Origin: Chitinophaga pinensis
GTDB taxonomy: Bacteria > Bacteroidota > Bacteroidia > UKL13-3
Assembly: GCA_945860865.1 (NCBI GenBank)
Contig: CAMARW010000001.1
Location: 136,154-200,153 of the forward strand
Length of the DNA: 64,000 bases
Reading direction: 5' to 3'
Shown: positions 62,901 to 64,000 of the stretch, one piece after another
Numbering within the stretch: the first letter of the stretch is position 1
Layout of the letters: every line of letters starts with the position of its first letter
Notes under the pieces: generated by a model
The model's input: only the letters and a program-made list of their open reading frames with translations
Told to the model about the DNA's origin: nothing
Databases searched by the model: none
Made by a program: the position numbers and the translations under genes

Positions 62901-64000
62901 ATTATTGGGGTCGTACAAATTATTGGCACCATTACCCAAATTTACGTTTTGGTTTACACGCCAAAATTTGTTGTCTAAGCGATTAGATTCGCCCAAATCT
63001 GAAAACCCAATTACATCCCTCGATTGTTCAAATGAGCCACTTCTATTAGTTACCCAAGCCTCTACACGTGTAATTACAACGGGCGACCCATTGAAAGGCA
63101 AATTTCTGAGCCACAATTCGTAATTATCTCTGAAGTAATGAGCCAAAAAATAGTGGCGGTTCATGTCGTAATTATCACCTTGTATATCAAAGCGGGTGGT
63201 GGTAGTACCACCAGATAGTTCTGTTTCTTGGGTCTTTCCTCTCTGTTGCGTTACCACAGCAGTTACCGTAAGTTTACCAAATTGCAAGGTACTTTTTACC
63301 CCAAATAAACTTTGGCTACCCTGAATTAAACTTGAATTTAATGGCAAGCTAACATTTCCAAGCTCTATTTTCTTTATTATATCATCGTCTTTACCCGCAA
63401 AATCAAGCTTCATTTGGTTCTCAAATTCAAAGGTAGCCTCCGTATCATAATTCATGTTTACTTTTAGCTTGTCTCCCACCTGGCCACTTACATTAAGCTG
63501 TATTTTTTGCTTAAAATCAAATTGCCCTGTTCGTTGTTGCCTCAAGCTAAATGCGGGATTTTGAACTTTATTAAAATTACCAGCAAAGATAATTTCGGCA
63601 TTTCCCCTTGGTCTGATATCAACTACGCCGTTGCCAAATATCTTATCAATTACCTTGTTGCCAATATTTATTTGAGGCAAAATACCAGTTCCTTTGGCAA
63701 AATTTTGTGCTTGTGAGCGTTGCCTAAAATATTCTTTATTGCTTTTGTTGCCGTCTTGTTTTAACTGCTCAGAAATAGAACTAGAGGCAGGTAATTTATA
63801 ATCTAAAGTGCCAATTTTGGAAGAGCGATTGTACTGATAATTTTCAGGATCTAGGGAGAAACGTTCTTTAATATTGCTAGGTTCTGGGAGATCTATAGGG
63901 TGTTTTTTATTTTGAAATTCATAGGGCTTTTTATCTTTGATAGGATAAGGGAGTTTTCCTGCGCTATCTGGAGGTAGAATAAGGAAATCTTTAAACCTTC
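56934..64000 (-). CDS. sprA: T9SS translocon / cell-surface protein SprA (5' end beyond the window)
   Basis: The track ORF (2248 aa) starts at an artificial TTG at 63680. My translation of 63681-64000 stays open in the same frame (...YNRSSKIGTLDYKLPASSSISEQLKQDGNKSNKEYFRQRSQAQNFAKGTGI-LPQINIGN...). Giant size, beta-rich composition and the C-terminus GGFSVRYTIQ fit SprA. Confidence 0.9.
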   Translation of the reverse strand, partial: RFKDFLILPPDSAGKLPYPIKDKKPYEFQNKKHPIDLPEPSNIKERFSLDPENYQYNRSSKIGTLDYKLPASSSISEQLKQDGNKSNKEYFRQRSQAQNFAKGTGILPQINIGNKVIDKIFGNGVVDIRPRGNAEIIFAGNFNKVQNPAFSLRQQRTGQFDFKQKIQLNVSGQVGDKLKVNMNYDTEATFEFENQMKLDFAGKDDDIIKKIELGNVSLPLNSSLIQGSQSLFGVKSTLQFGKLTVTAVVTQQRGKTQETELSGGTTTTRFDIQGDNYDMNRHYFLAHYFRDNYELWLRNLPFNGSPVVITRVEAWVTNRSGSFEQSRDVIGFSDLGESNRLDNKFWRVNQNVNLGNGANNLYDPNNPNTYLNGFGNAADAAKFRASYQIENKLSEDFAVTGLKPISQYQNINFSRQLGPNEFTFNSRLGYISLNQTLNNDDVLCVAYEGTINGIPFKVGDFSQDIPRNVDNPEVLFLKMLKGPSMRPDLPIWDLMMKNVYALGSFQIQSKEFKLNIVYADDPSGADLSYLPVKNEPLLSNLPLLNVFNVDKMNTQQEAVSDGLFDYIEGVTVNSQTGRVYLPTVEPFGSYLASKFVNDRTLADYYCFYSLYDSTRFSAIQQPQFNKFFLRGSYQGSSTNEISLGSTNVPRGSVRVTANGAPLSENSDFIVDYNLGRVKIVNTALLNSGAVIKVSSESNNLFQIQSKSLTGARFDYKYSPDLILGSTFMYLNERPLTPKVNIGEEPISNIVVGVDGSYTKQSRMLTKLIDKLPFIETKEPSNFTISGEYARLIPGIQGALNQNGTAYLDDFEGAETPFDLRMGNTWVLASTPQGQPDMFPEGNTLNKLDYGFKRANLAWYTIATTFYRNDPFTPQHLREDPNALSLHAAREVLQQDVFKNIQIQQGLPTTLPTLDLSFYPSERGPYNYNVDDLNEDGSLKNPRSNWGGIMRKVDQNDFEQANIDYIEMWVMDPFADKPASVDRGFLYINLGNISEDILRDNRRIAENGLPKNNSPEQTALVDSTVWGRVSRAPVINYAFDADPVVRQNQDIGLDGLNDVNERAHFEQSYLAKIRARFGAGSTVYQQAEADPSNDNYHYYLGTDFDSVQLGLLNRYKKFNRHQGNSPTVDQSPETYPTAATNVPDNEDLNRDYTVNGVEEYFQYRIEIARDAFTIGKNYVTDTLTTSAKFINGDFAEEKWYQIKVPIREYSRKVGEINDFKSIRFIRMFMRGFEEPTVVRLASLQLVRADWRKYLNNLEAGGEHRPVDPTDNTQFVVSTVNVVENGGRRPIVYVAPPGIQRELDFSSPNPIQQNEQSISLLTCNLKDGDARGVFKNTSVDLRQYGKLRMFVHAEGANLKDDELNAFFRFGTDLTNNYYEFEIPLKVTPEGSREPGAIWPGGNEMTILLEEMINTKIARTNAGFAFTAPFSRQIGNGTYTVVGMPDFSQLRIMMMGVRNPKRRPGSSTDDGLPKCAEIWFNELRMTDFSTRGGDAATGRVLAKLADLGNVQLSGSYQSVGWGGIDKKLMERSMADNYIYDFQTNFELGKFLPKNSGLSVPFFFSYGNTIIRPFFNPLNPDTRLQKEIEETRNPERSDQISRAADDYTARKSYNFTNVRKNRVGSKQAYPWDIENFNFTYSFTEIFRRNQTLEYNLVENYRGIVGYNYNFISKPIEPFKKFVKNKNLEIIRDVNFNLLPASWGVRVESERRYGELLSRNNDSRETVLPVLYDKMFTMRRNYELRYDLTRNIKLDFNATNDSRIDEPDGQINRNTIEKRDSIKTNFLNGGRNTKYDQTARLNVNIPVNKLPYMQWVSQVTYNYNANYQWLQAPPAADSLGNTIQNSQQQQWNVSLNFVQLYNKFGIYKKIMSPKQAATPKPKNTEENTDPKAKGKKAKEDKGRETYPLWASIPVRLLTSIKNVSGTYSTTNGTALPGFQPRTQILGQNLDLKAPGYDFIFGMQDPNFRFRAAENGWVSNDPRIVSPYILNYQEAITARAQIEPLEDFRIELNATKNYSKNLTAYFRYDPDSNDGIYRDFGAPIEQGSYSISYSVLRTAFSPQDENGVSDVFKQFQTNRIDIARRLAMERGLPLPENPDSFPEGFGAYQQDVLIPAFLAAYRGVSTGSIGISPFQNFPIPNWRLTYNGLSKIEFIKQYASNVNIQSAYQSNYNVAGFQTVMDTSRNTTLTTDFAPEYVIRQISISERFGPLIGVDITLVNNITTTFKYNRDRTLNLALGNRQLNEQFGEEFVIGIGYRTNKLVLPFEIGGRKRMLNNDINFRFDFTIRENQTSVRNLDRATSEPVSGQNVLSLKPTIDYNINEKLMLRIFYDRRRTNPFTSNSFPTVITSGGFSVRYTIQ

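Overview
This is a chromosomal segment from a member of the Bacteroidota, probably a Sphingobacteriia- or Flavobacteriia-like organism with AT-rich intergenic DNA. The phylum call rests on a SusC/SusD pair, the T9SS translocon gene sprA, three proteins with T9SS C-terminal sorting domains, FISUMP-domain paralogs and a TTTG-N19-TAnnTTTG-type promoter.

Contents, left to right:
1. A divergent propeller-type sensor/regulator, followed by a tightly packed 8-gene beta-1,3-glucan operon (1130-12331). It carries GH3, GH16 and a GH158-like clan GH-A enzyme. In place of SusC/SusD it has two ~600-aa non-TonB predicted beta-barrels and two CBM-like lipoproteins.
2. A stand-alone proteorhodopsin-type proton pump (DTE motif, Met at the colour-tuning site) with its own promoter and terminator.
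3. A 1760-aa T9SS-secreted fusion of choice-of-anchor-I, 5'-nucleotidase and OB-fold domains.
4. A housekeeping block: thioesterase, DUF2132, M1 peptidase, HupE/UreJ, rhodanese/thioredoxin genes, prfC, a Fic protein, hrpB.
5. tRNA-Phe, followed by an accessory-looking zone. It holds a small OMP, a TlpA-like oxidoreductase, a hipBA toxin-antitoxin module, gene relics, and a 6-gene minus-strand operon (37574-44610).
6. A membrane-anchored AraC regulator and an orphan SusC/SusD pair with decayed upstream DNA.
7. recR, suhB, a PagL-like hydrolase, an O-methyltransferase and 5'-truncated sprA.

The operon at 37574-44610 encodes secreted paralogs that share a ~70-aa GIGT..P.A.LD head module. It includes two tandem FISUMP-domain genes on an exact 1800-bp period, a glycine-rich paralog, a 2-module adaptor-like protein, a cargo-less sorting-signal mini-protein and a T9SS-CTD protein.

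The best candidates for undescribed biology are the SusCD-less glucan locus and this modular secreted-paralog operon.

All calls are by eye from the sequence and ORF track. No searches were run, motif coordinates were hand-counted, and family names are recollection-based.
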